Shown here: piece by piece, positions 12,373-22,544 of the stretch
Numbering within the stretch: the stretch's first letter is position 1
Layout: every line of letters starts with the position of its first letter
NCBI GenBank assembly: GCA_964270895.1
Contig: OZ185440.1
DNA from: Podarcis filfolensis
Lineage: Eukaryota
Length of the DNA: 64,000 bases
Reading direction: 5' to 3' (one strand)
Notes under the pieces: generated by a model
Told to the model about the DNA's origin: nothing
The model's input: the letters and a program-made list of their open reading frames with translations, nothing else
Databases searched by the model: none
Program-made: the position numbers and the translations under genes

Positions 12373-14940
12373 CGGAAAAACTAGAGGAGGGGGGCTGTGC
12401 GTATATGTGAACAAATGCTGGTCCAATAATTCTAAGACTGTGGGCAGTCACTGTTCACCGGATTTGGAATATGTGGCTGTTAAATGTAGACCAGCCTATC
12501 TCCCTAGGGAGTTTACAGCTGTTATGTTAACTGGTGTGTACGTGCCACCAGATGCCAATGCCAACTTGGCTTTGGGACGCCTGCAGAGCCTTATCAGCAG
12601 CCAGCAAGACAAGTATCCTGAAGCTGTGCACATCATTGCGGGAGACTTCAACCATGTAGAACTTAAAACAGTGCTCCCAACGCTCTATCAGCATGTGAAA
12701 TGTCCCACAAGAGGGGACAAGACACTAGATAAAGTTTATTCGAATGTAAATCACGGCTATAGGGCTTTACAGCTGCCACACTTGGGCCAGTCCGACCATA
12801 TGTCTTTGTTCCTGGTACCAGCATATATCCCACTCAGGAAACGGGCTCCCACAATATTAAAATCTGTTAAAATCTGGCCTGAAGGTGCTATTCACCAGCT
12901 GCAGGACTGTTTTGAGAGAACTAATTGGGATATTTTCGATCGTTCAGACCTGGAGGAGCACACGGCGGCAGTTCTGTGCTATATCAATCATTGCACAGAC
13001 ACTGTCACAGTAAACAAATCCATCCGGTTTTATCCCAATCAGAAACCCTGGATGAATAGAGAGGTCCAGGGCCTGTTGCGGGAAAGGAACAGGGCTTTCA
13101 GGTCAGGCGAGGTGCAGCTTTACAGTGTGGCAAGAGCAAACTTGAAGAGGGGCATTCGACAGGCAAAACGGGATTATAGGCTGAGGATTGAGGATAATTT
13201 AAGGAGCAACAACACAAGACAGATGTGGCAGGGGATTCAGCACATTACCAACTACAAACCTAACCTTGGTGCTGTCGACGGTGACCCTTTGCTGGCGGAG
13301 GAGCTTAACCTCTTCTTTGCTCGCTTCGAGAAGGAGCCACCTGAGACGCCGGTATTACAGCCACCAGCCCTTAGGGGCCCCTCATTCACGGTAGAGGAGC
13401 ATGAGGTGAGAAAGGTATTGAGGATGGTGAATCCGAGGAAGGCGGCTGGACCTGATGGCATCACTGGAAAGGTGTTGAAGGGCTGTGCGGATCAGCTGGC
13501 GAGGGTCTTTACTAAGATCTTCAACAAGTCCTTACACCAGTCTATTGTCCCACCCTGCCTGAAGTCGTCAACTATTGTCCCTCTGCCCAAAAAATCCACA
13601 ATCAGTAGTTTGAACGACTACAGACCAGTTGCACTGACTCCAATCATCATGAAGTGTTTTGAGAAACTGGTGCGCCGTCATATTATTTCCTGTCTTCCAT
13701 CAACTTTTGACAACTACCAGTTTGCATACAGGGCAAATAGATCCACAGAGGACGCTATCACCACCACTCTCCATGCTGCTCTGTCCCATCTGGAGCAGCC
13801 GGGGAGTTATGTGAGGCTGCTGTTTGTGGATTTTAGCTCAGCTTTTAACACTATTCTCCCCCATAGACTGGTGTCCAAGCTAGAGGCGATTGGACTCTCC
13901 AACTCCACCTGTCTCTGGGTTTTGGATTTTTTGTCAGAACGTTCTCAGAGGGTTAGAGTAGGGTCACATATGTCCACAGCCCTTAGCCTTAACACCGGCT
14001 CACCACAGGGTTGTGTGTTGAGTCCCCTGCTCTATGCTCTCTATACGTATGACTGTACAGCCATCTATTCCAGCAACAAAATCATCAAGTTTGCTGATGA
14101 CACTACGGTGGTAGGGCTCATTTCAGGAGGGGATGAGTCCGCCTATCGGGACGAGGTGGAGCGGCTCTGTGTTTGGTGTGGAGAGAACAATCTGGCTCTT
14201 AATACGGCTAAGACCAAGGAATTAGTGGTGGATTACAGGAAAAAAAAGGCGGACATTCAGCCCTTGCATATCAATGGGGAACGGGTGGAGAGGGTGGCGG
14301 AATTCAGGTTTTTGGGAGTAACTATCGATCAGGGCATGACTTGGAGCGCAAATACCACTGCTCTGGTGAAGAAGGCCCAGCAGAGAATTTATTTCCTCAG
14401 ACTTTTAAAGAAGAACAATCTGAGTGAGAGACTGCTGGTGTCCTTCTACCGAGGCTCCATAGAGAGCATTCTTACATACTGTATTTGTGCTTGGTTCTCC
14501 AGTTGTACAGCTAGGGAGAGGAAGGTGCTCCAGAAGGTCATAACCACAGCACAAAGGATTATTGGTCAACCTCTCCCATCCTTGGAAGAATTGTACGGTT
14601 CCCGTTGTCTTAGGAAAGCAAACAACATCCTGCAGGATTCATCTCACCCGGGATACAGTCTGTTTGCACTACTGCCGTCTGGCAGGAGATATAGAAACAT
14701 CAAGTCAAGGACAAATAGACTGAAAAACAGTTTCTACCCGAGAGCTGTGGCCCTTTTGAATGCTGTAACTCGATAGTGTGACTTGGGAGATTGATGGGTG
14801 TGGGTGTGGGTGTGGCTGGAATGTGGTTTGTGGGTTGTTGTTGTTGTTTTGTTTTTGTTGTTTTTAAGGGATGGCATCCAATTTCGTTGCACTTGTGCAA
14901 TGTTGCACGTGTGTAATGACAATAAAGAATCTATCTATCT
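12373..14940 (+). mobile_element. Rex1/Babar-clade LINE, 5'-truncated, recent insertion, antisense to PTPRF
   Basis: Uninterrupted endonuclease/RT ORF, 3' UTR ending AATGACAATAAAG followed by a short (TCTA)n tail, and a perfect 14-bp TSD AACATAGAAAACTT at 12359-12372 and 14941-14954. Confidence 0.9.
12374..14776 (+). CDS. APE-like endonuclease (N-truncated) plus reverse transcriptase of the Rex1/Babar LINE
   Basis: The frame is open from the insertion junction (GKTRGGGLCVYVN) to the stop. Motifs include AGDFNH, LDKVY, SDH, KAAGPDGI, DYRPVALT, FVDFSSAFNTI, GSPQGCVLSPLLY and KFADD. There is no ATG at the start; the track ORF begins at GTG 12407. Confidence 0.9.
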   Translation, partial: GKTRGGGLCVYVNKCWSNNSKTVGSHCSPDLEYVAVKCRPAYLPREFTAVMLTGVYVPPDANANLALGRLQSLISSQQDKYPEAVHIIAGDFNHVELKTVLPTLYQHVKCPTRGDKTLDKVYSNVNHGYRALQLPHLGQSDHMSLFLVPAYIPLRKRAPTILKSVKIWPEGAIHQLQDCFERTNWDIFDRSDLEEHTAAVLCYINHCTDTVTVNKSIRFYPNQKPWMNREVQGLLRERNRAFRSGEVQLYSVARANLKRGIRQAKRDYRLRIEDNLRSNNTRQMWQGIQHITNYKPNLGAVDGDPLLAEELNLFFARFEKEPPETPVLQPPALRGPSFTVEEHEVRKVLRMVNPRKAAGPDGITGKVLKGCADQLARVFTKIFNKSLHQSIVPPCLKSSTIVPLPKKSTISSLNDYRPVALTPIIMKCFEKLVRRHIISCLPSTFDNYQFAYRANRSTEDAITTTLHAALSHLEQPGSYVRLLFVDFSSAFNTILPHRLVSKLEAIGLSNSTCLWVLDFLSERSQRVRVGSHMSTALSLNTGSPQGCVLSPLLYALYTYDCTAIYSSNKIIKFADDTTVVGLISGGDESAYRDEVERLCVWCGENNLALNTAKTKELVVDYRKKKADIQPLHINGERVERVAEFRFLGVTIDQGMTWSANTTALVKKAQQRIYFLRLLKKNNLSERLLVSFYRGSIESILTYCICAWFSSCTARERKVLQKVITTAQRIIGQPLPSLEELYGSRCLRKANNILQDSSHPGYSLFALLPSGRRYRNIKSRTNRLKNSFYPRAVALLNAVTR

Positions 14941-16718
14941 AACATAGAAAACTTGATTTGAACTTTGAGAAAGGGGACATGTGTCAAGTCACTTTCCCTA
15001 AAGCAGCTTTTATTTTTGCTTACTAGCCATCCTTCAAAATACACATCCATTCATCCATCCTCTTGTCTAACCTGCCAGTCACCAACTAGACCCATGCATC
15101 TCTGAACAGTCTATCAAAACTCACCCTGACCTTTCAGCCTGGGTCTCACCTGAAAGGCAAAGGGGGAATGTTAAAAGTGACAACATGCCTTGTGAACACA
15201 GAGCTCTCAGTTAGAAAAATGACAGCACCTCTGGACAGCAAGAGTAGAACTGCGGCTGCAGGGCCCAAAGGAAAGGTTAGTTTCAGAAATAAAATTTTAT
15301 CCTGCTTCTCCGGCCTGACTTCCATAACACTTCCATTCAATAGGCAGAAAGTATGATTGGCCCTTCAATGCATTCACATAGAACCCACCTCTCAACATGA
15401 ACCACTGAAAACTTTACATCCAACTAGCTGTGCAAACAAAAAAATAATTTAGTTTTATTTCCACATCAAATTGATCCCAGAAGTGCAACAAACTTACCTT
15501 AGTGAGAACCACAGTACAGACCACTATGTGAGTATAACCTCCCTTTCACAAAAGTGCCTTCACCTACCACATCTGGTAATCTTTAGAGACTCAAAAGCCT
15601 GTGTGTTTAACAAAAGGTGTAAGTCTGACACAAATCCTGTATGAGATGCTAAGAGGTGGCTTTTTGGCACGTACAGAAATGTCATCTTTGACATTCAAAC
15701 GGGACACATACATTTTAAATAATGTCAGACACATTCTTAAAATACCTCATTAGGACTCAGATAGGGAGATTTATGTTTTATGAGATGGATGATTCTCATT
15801 ATAAAGATATGTCCACTTTCCTCAAAAAGGATGTACGGAACATCCAGGCGGTTCTGGTGCTGAGTCATTAATGCCCTCGCTTGTTGATACAGAGGAAATA
15901 CATAGCAGTTGTGTGCTGGGAAAGGCCCAACCTGATATGGGCAAAGATAGGGCCTGCTTGGTTACTTAGCATTCAGTCTGTCATTTTGCTTTCAGAGTTG
16001 TGATAGAAGCAGAGAAAAGGTTTTAAAAATGTGTGGCATCACAGCTGTCAATCTTGCAGCATTCCAGAGAGAAGATGACAGAGAAACCCATTCATATCAA
16101 AATGAGGTTTACAGTTTTCCCCCTGACCCAGATTTTTCACAGAAGCAACTTGATGCAAATACACTTGAAACAGCAACCCCCATTTGCTCCAAAATCACTT
16201 AACAAGAACTGAAAACATTAACCCCCAGCAACAGAACCAGTTCCAAAGACTTGGATTATTAACTTCCAGCAGTGATTCAGTGGAGAGAGAAGGGGGAGGA
16301 AAGAAGGGGAGCATTGGACAAATGAGATAGTGTAATTTAGTGGTGCTAAAAAGTTTATCAGGAAATTCAGGGGTCAGTCAACAGCGGTAACTGAAATCAC
16401 AAGAGATCAGAGTCACACTATATAGTACTGATTACAACCTTAAAATTAATTCAAGGGACTACTTTGAGTGTGTAGGCTAGAAATGTTACTAGCACATATA
16501 GGCAGTGAAACTAGCAAGGTCTGGGAATGCAGAGCTGTCAGACTGGAGGTGGATTGAACAATTGAAGACTTAATGCAGCCAGATGTGTGTCTGATTCATT
16601 TACTCACAACAAATCTTTATGCTACAGTGCACCATGAATCCTTGTCAGGCTTCAGAAGGGGTGGAGCTGGCATCTTAGATCTCCTCCCTTCACCTTCATA
16701 TCAGAGAAGGGCCAGCAA

Positions 16719-16769
<51 letters not shown>
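16719..16769. repeat. (AAT)17 microsatellite
   Basis: Read directly from the sequence; it explains the poly-Ile ORF at 16573-16884. Confidence 0.95.
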
Positions 16770-16770
<1 letters not shown>

Positions 16771-17199
16771 TTATTTATTAAATTTATGAAAAGGTGCACC
16801 TTCAGCTCTCAAAGAAAGTCCTCCAGTCTTATTCCTCAAGTTAGATTTGCCTGGCATTTTAAGAATTTATTTCCTTTGTATTAGTTCAATTCCTGTCAGC
16901 AATAATGCAGAAGGAAGGGCTTCACTGTTCTCTTGTGAAAGTGTTACATCCTTCAAAACATGCCACAGCAGCTATTTCAGACCTGCCATTACGTGGTGCC
17001 CCAGAGGGTGACTGAATCTGAAAGATTCAAGACCTCAGAGCCCTCTGTGGCATGAATGGGGATAGCGTTCTCCCTCTGAAAACCTCCCGTTGAATAACCC
17101 CCTTTGACCTGTGCACACCTGCGATGGATGATTCTACAAGGCGCCACACTAAAAATAAACAAAAACAAGCACACACAGGAAGGAACGGCAGATGCGCAA

Positions 17200-17289
17200 G
17201 TGAGCTGACAAGAGTTTGGAGTGAAAGAATAGCTGGAGATGATATACTGTTGGAGACGGGCATGGCAGAAAGGATATGGAGTGACATGA
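17200..17289 (-). promoter_or_regulatory. YCAY cluster (putative NOVA-binding element) downstream of meA6
   Basis: Seven YCAY tetramers on the minus strand within 90 nt, starting about 30 nt after the meA6 donor. Confidence 0.5.
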
Positions 17290-17318
17290 CAATTAGAGGC
17301 ACAGTTCAGCATTCTTAC

Positions 17319-17336
17319 CTCTGATTGGTGTACCAC
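17319..17336 (-). CDS. PTPRF: PTPRF microexon meA6, 18 nt, encoding GGTPIR
   Basis: ctcaccag|GTGGTACACCAATCAGAG|gtaaga, phase 1-1. It encodes G-G-T-P-I-R, the known LAR-RPTP meA6 peptide, with a perfect TACTAAC branch point upstream. Confidence 0.92.
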
Positions 17337-17377
17337 CTGGTGAGGTAATTTGAATGCAAATAAGATTAGAGAGAAGC

Positions 17378-17384
17378 GTTAGTA
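17378..17384 (-). promoter_or_regulatory. Consensus branch point TACTAAC for meA6
   Basis: Plus-strand gttagta equals minus-strand TACTAAC, about 40 nt upstream of the meA6 acceptor and embedded in a pyrimidine-rich tract. Confidence 0.7.
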
Positions 17385-20300
17385 CAAAGAGGAAAGGAAG
17401 AAAATTATAACTAAAAAAGTAGAAAGTTTTTCAAAGCTAGAATCTGTATTAGCGCAACAGGAACAAACAAAAATAAATAAATAAAAAGAAATAAAGGATG
17501 TGCAGTAACAAGTCAGAGTGATGCCCTCAGGTGGTTAGTAAAGCTCTCTGCTACCAAGAACACAGAGTCTGGCCCCATTTTACCCAATTAATATATTGCT
17601 GGTCCTACACAAAGGAGGGCTCTGACTCCTAAGCAAAACCACTAGCATTCATTGTCACAACTGAGATGGAGAAGCCACTGGGATATGGGTGCTGCGCCCT
17701 TTTATTCTGCCAGAAGATGGGGCTTGTGGGAGTACCAGAGTGAGTGTTGTGAGAGAGTGTGTGTGGGGAGAAAAATTAAGCATATGGTGTTGGTGAGACA
17801 CACATTCTTGGTTTAAGATTACATGGACCGTTGGGGACAAAATCTGATTATGTAATTGAAACTTAAAAACTGAGTGATGAATTCAGGGGTAACTTTAATA
17901 AAACCTACAACAGGTTCCCCCTGGCCAGAAATTGGTATTCTACACAACAGATTTTTCAAATAAAAATCTAAAGCACTTTCTTCTAGTTTTTATTTGGACC
18001 AATGGAGCACCAGACTCGCTCTGCATAATTTATACAGTAGGCAGAGGAAAGGGATTCCAACCCTCCTTATAAGGGAGCAGAAAATAAGTTCACATGCTAT
18101 GAGTGCATCTTATAAGGAGGGCTTGGTTACAAAGCTAACTGCTCCAAAACGTCAAGCAAAAGTGCAGTTTGCTCAGTCATGGGCTTTATTGTTAGCATGG
18201 TCCAGATGTGCAGAGGGAGACCCGTGTATGTAAACTGACAGCAAACTCCTCTGATCCCCAGTTTTGTCCCCTTGGTCTTATTTTGTGCAAATGAAGGCTG
18301 TTAGTAAGGAGAGGGAGATTCATGCAGATCTAATTTGTAGGCAGTTCATGGTATGTGTTGGTTTGATGCAGATTTTGCACATCTGAACACCAAGCACTTA
18401 CCAAAGAAAACTGGGGAGTTTAAACAGATAGAAAGAGAGGGTTAAACAGGACACAGAGCGTCAAATCATGTTCCGTGTATTGATCAATAAATACCAGTAA
18501 GCATATGAGTGCTGTGTATCTGAGATTAACCGCTCCCCACATTCCATTATCCACAGCACTGATCACCCAATGGGAAACAAAGAAAGACACTCAAAGATTT
18601 CTGTAAATACAAAGAAGGCAGATTTTAAGCATGTTTAACTTGCCTCTTAAAGAGTAATTAAAATATTTACACTTGTTATCGCTTTCCCTCCCACTCTCCT
18701 AGTGTATGTTCCTTCAGGCAGTAGCCCTAGCTTTTAATCAGAGGAAGCAGTTCCAGCTGCTTCGTTTAGCATTCTCCACAGCCGAGATGACATTACTCCA
18801 TTTTCGCTTTATGGCTGGTTTATACTTGCTGATGCTTTTGTCCACAGATGAGTGAAGCATCAGGAAGGCTAATGCCATTTGCTGAAGTTGCGGGTAATCT
18901 CTACCATAATAAATCTGCTGCCTATTTATCTGCTTTTCTAACTACCATTCCATCCCCCTTGACAGAACCATTCTCATCACGGAAGCTTGCATGGCTCACA
19001 AGCTGTACTGACAGGAAGAAGAGGGTTATTGGTTCATGCCCCAAAGAAAAATTTGCTGAGTGCTTACTTGCCCCTGCACCATCTCCAAATTATCACTGTA
19101 AATAAAGAGTCTCCATCCCCTTCCCCTACTCTAAGAGACAAGAAGCATCTCTTACAAGAGTGTCCAGAAATGATTCCTGGCTAACTGAAGCAGCATCTGT
19201 TTTATGTTGCTGCCAAACAGATCTGGAGCTGTTCTGTATCCACCTAGTCACTGAAAATTCTCTATGGATGCAAAGCTAAGGAATCCCAACACACACTCAA
19301 AATGGATTCCCTAAAGTTTAGCTGGTATGTTATTAAAACCCAGTCTCCAGATCTCGGTGTAAGATAGCCCTTGCCAGAGCTGTATAGTGACTCTGAAGCA
19401 ATGAAACAAGATCTCTTGGGAGGTTTAGTATGCACTAATATATGTTAGAGAATATGGCAATAAACGACATAAAATAAAAATTATTCAGAACTCCCATGAT
19501 AGTGGTCAGGATCACCAAATGAAGATGTAAGTCATATGCTACAAAATAAAAATTTGGACAACATCCTAAGTTTTAACTCCAATGGAGTACATTTTCGGCA
19601 TGAACAAGAATGCAGAAGCTGCCAGTTTATCCAATTCCTGGCATCTCCAGACTCCTGCTTGAAACCTGGAGACCAACTGCTAGTCATTATAGACTATATT
19701 CAGCTAGATGCTCCAATGGACTGACTTTGCATGCAGCTTCCAGTGTTCTTATAAGACATCCACCCAACCTAAATAATTAATGACACTTATTATTGTGCTG
19801 CCTTAGGGTGCTTCCAGGAGGGGGGCTTATATTGCAAACATAATGCTCAGATCAGATATTTCAGTGTGCACATTTGGCATGTTAGCTTCCACATATTTCT
19901 GTTCCCCACCTCTCTCCCAGTCATGGATATCATTGCTATTCTGCCAGTTGCTGTCCACATTGGAGGACCTCAACAGAGTGTATATGAAGATGGTTTTGTT
20001 GTCCCTCCTGTCCAACACTCCACCACCACCCTCCATTGCCTTCTGCTCTGTGCATGTATGCAGGTATTTCTGTACCTGTATACAGACTGTCGCATTAGGG
20101 GCCACCCACTGAAATGTCAACACATGTGACAAACTGCCACCATCACCACACAAAAAAATGCTAATGCATTAACTAGCTTCCACATCCGAAGTGACTCAAG
20201 GCTTATAACAAGTTATGTTTGCTTATCTATTTTTTGCAGTAAGGGGTATGGAAATTAAATGTAAAAAAAAAATTGCTTGGCATTTTGGTGACAACAACTT

Positions 20301-20884
20301 CATGCGGACACAGCAAGAAAAAATTGCATGGTTCAGCAGCAATTCCACAATAAACTTCTGTCTGGAAGCACCCTTAGTAAGCAGAGACAAGAGCAGGAAT
20401 TTGGCTGTGCATACAGTCCTTTCATTCCTCACTTCAAGCAAAACAAACCACCATGTCTTTCATTAACGATAGTTTCCCATTTCATCTGAACTAGGAAACC
20501 ATGGTTACCAGTTAATTAAACTTTGAAAAACTGTTTAATATCTTGGTTTGTTCTGAAGATGTTAACCAAAATTTCCTGGTTTGGATGAAAATAGGAAATT
20601 ATAGTTAAGGAATGACATCTTCATTTGCTCACTTTCTAGCACAAAGGAGCTTTGAATGTGACCAAAAGGCTTGTCCATATCGTTGATAATCTAGATTAGA
20701 AACATTCAGGTCTGAATGACCATTTAAACCAAATCCAAACCAATTTGAGGTATATGGCACTTCGCACAGCCTTGAATGCAGAACTACAGATATAGCAGAC
20801 CTGAGGATCTGACTTTCCCAATAAGGTAACTAAGCCAATAATATTTGAAAAGAATGTTGGTATGTGAGTGCTACTTTGAGTAAA

Positions 20885-20972
20885 AGCTCAATCCTAACCA
20901 TGTGTACTCAAAAGTAAGTCTGACTAGAGTCAATGGGGCTTTCTTCCAGGAAAGTTAGTTAGGACTGCAGCC
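20885..20972. repeat. Short fold-back/MITE-like repeat, same family as 4760-4842
   Basis: Imperfect inverted ends gctcaatcctaac...gttaggactgcagc with a central caatggg motif. Confidence 0.5.
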
Positions 20973-22544
20973 CAAGCCACCCTAATTCTATATCCTTTCC
21001 ACACTTCTGCTATTCCTTATACTGGATGCTCTGGGTGTTAAGTAATGCAGATCCCACCAATGTAGGATGCCTTCCACCCTACAATGCCTCCTAGTAACAT
21101 TCCCAGGGTTGGCTTTACTGAGAATTCTGTTGTTCAAAATTTTGTAGTTTTTGGTTGCTTCAGTATTTCAAAATTATAAACCATTTTGGTTGCCTTGGCA
21201 GAATGGCAGTCACATAAATGGATGAATGACTATGCCCACACTACATCCATTTCATTACTACTTTTAATTTATGACCAGCCACATTTTCTATTAATGCCTG
21301 GCCTAAGCAGCAAGAGCAACTTTGCTGGCCACTTTCTTGATCTGGTACTGTAGGAGTATCTTTTAATCATAACCTTGCCAATGATACAATCTTGCCTCCC
21401 ATTTCAGTTTTGGCTTGTGTGCTTCCTCTCATTTTTACACAAATTTTCCAGCAAAGTGTAAATGCCTTCTCCTTAGCCTACATCTTCACTGCCACGCCTT
21501 CCTCCACTCTACGTAAGTCAATGTTTAATATGCCCTTACTTTATTTTACAACCTTATTTTATTTAATAGTACCTTGAGCAGCAAGTGCAGGAGGGGTGTG
21601 ATAGAAAGAAAAACAATTAACAACAGCAAATCGTTACATCACTCATCAGCCAGGACCATTAGAGGAACTGTGTTGCCAAACCTCTATGTTGCAGATCTGT
21701 CTTCCTTTGCTTGGGGAGCAAGTGATGAAGTGGGAAACTAGGCCTCTAACATAATCATTCTATGGCTATGTTCCATTTTGAAAGCAATGTCCTAAACACT
21801 TGAGGTAAAAACCTAACACATTTTGACTGCTTTTTAATCTTGTTCATCTTTAAACAAACTCAGATTGAATGTCACAACCTGAATCTTACGCAAGTAAGTC
21901 AACTGCCTCTCTTAGATTGTATCATGTAAAGGCACAGTTTAGTTTTTATGATCAAACATTTATTACTATTTACTTCATTTTGGGATGCCACTTTTAGTTG
22001 CACCTGGAGGAAAAGCCCACAAATTGCCCTGTCCAGCCTCGGTACAATCAATAGCGAGGAGGAGCTGCAAGCCACTGTCTAGACTTGGCATTAGTTTTCT
22101 TCCACAGTAAATGTAGGAAATATGACTATAACCTTTAAATACTTGTTTTCTTTTTTAATAAGTAAGAAAGTTAATCAGAATATGAGAGTGGGGCATGTGA
22201 GAGATTATCTGCTGCAGGTTCTATAAAATATGCTTGCCATTTATTGCACATAGCACTGGTTATATTATTTGTTAATGCATGATTATACTGGAAGGCTTTC
22301 TCATATCTGGCTTTGGCTTACCTATTTAATATAAATAATATCAACTGATAAGATTTAATGACTTATATTGTCTATTTTATATAAACATTATAAAGTTTGT
22401 TTTATCGAAATGAATGTTTATTCAAATTTTGTTATATTTTGTAATGAATTGGTTTTGGACTATTTAGTGTAGTGACGTATTCATATGTTTTTGCTGTTTT
22501 GCTGTGAGTCGCTTTAAGGCATGCTTATAGGGGTAAGTGGCATA

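Noticed and set aside
16989-17336. 115-aa ORF starting at meA6
   Set aside because: It is out of frame with PTPRF, starts at GTG and has no recognisable domain. In the true frame, read-through stops after about 8 codons.
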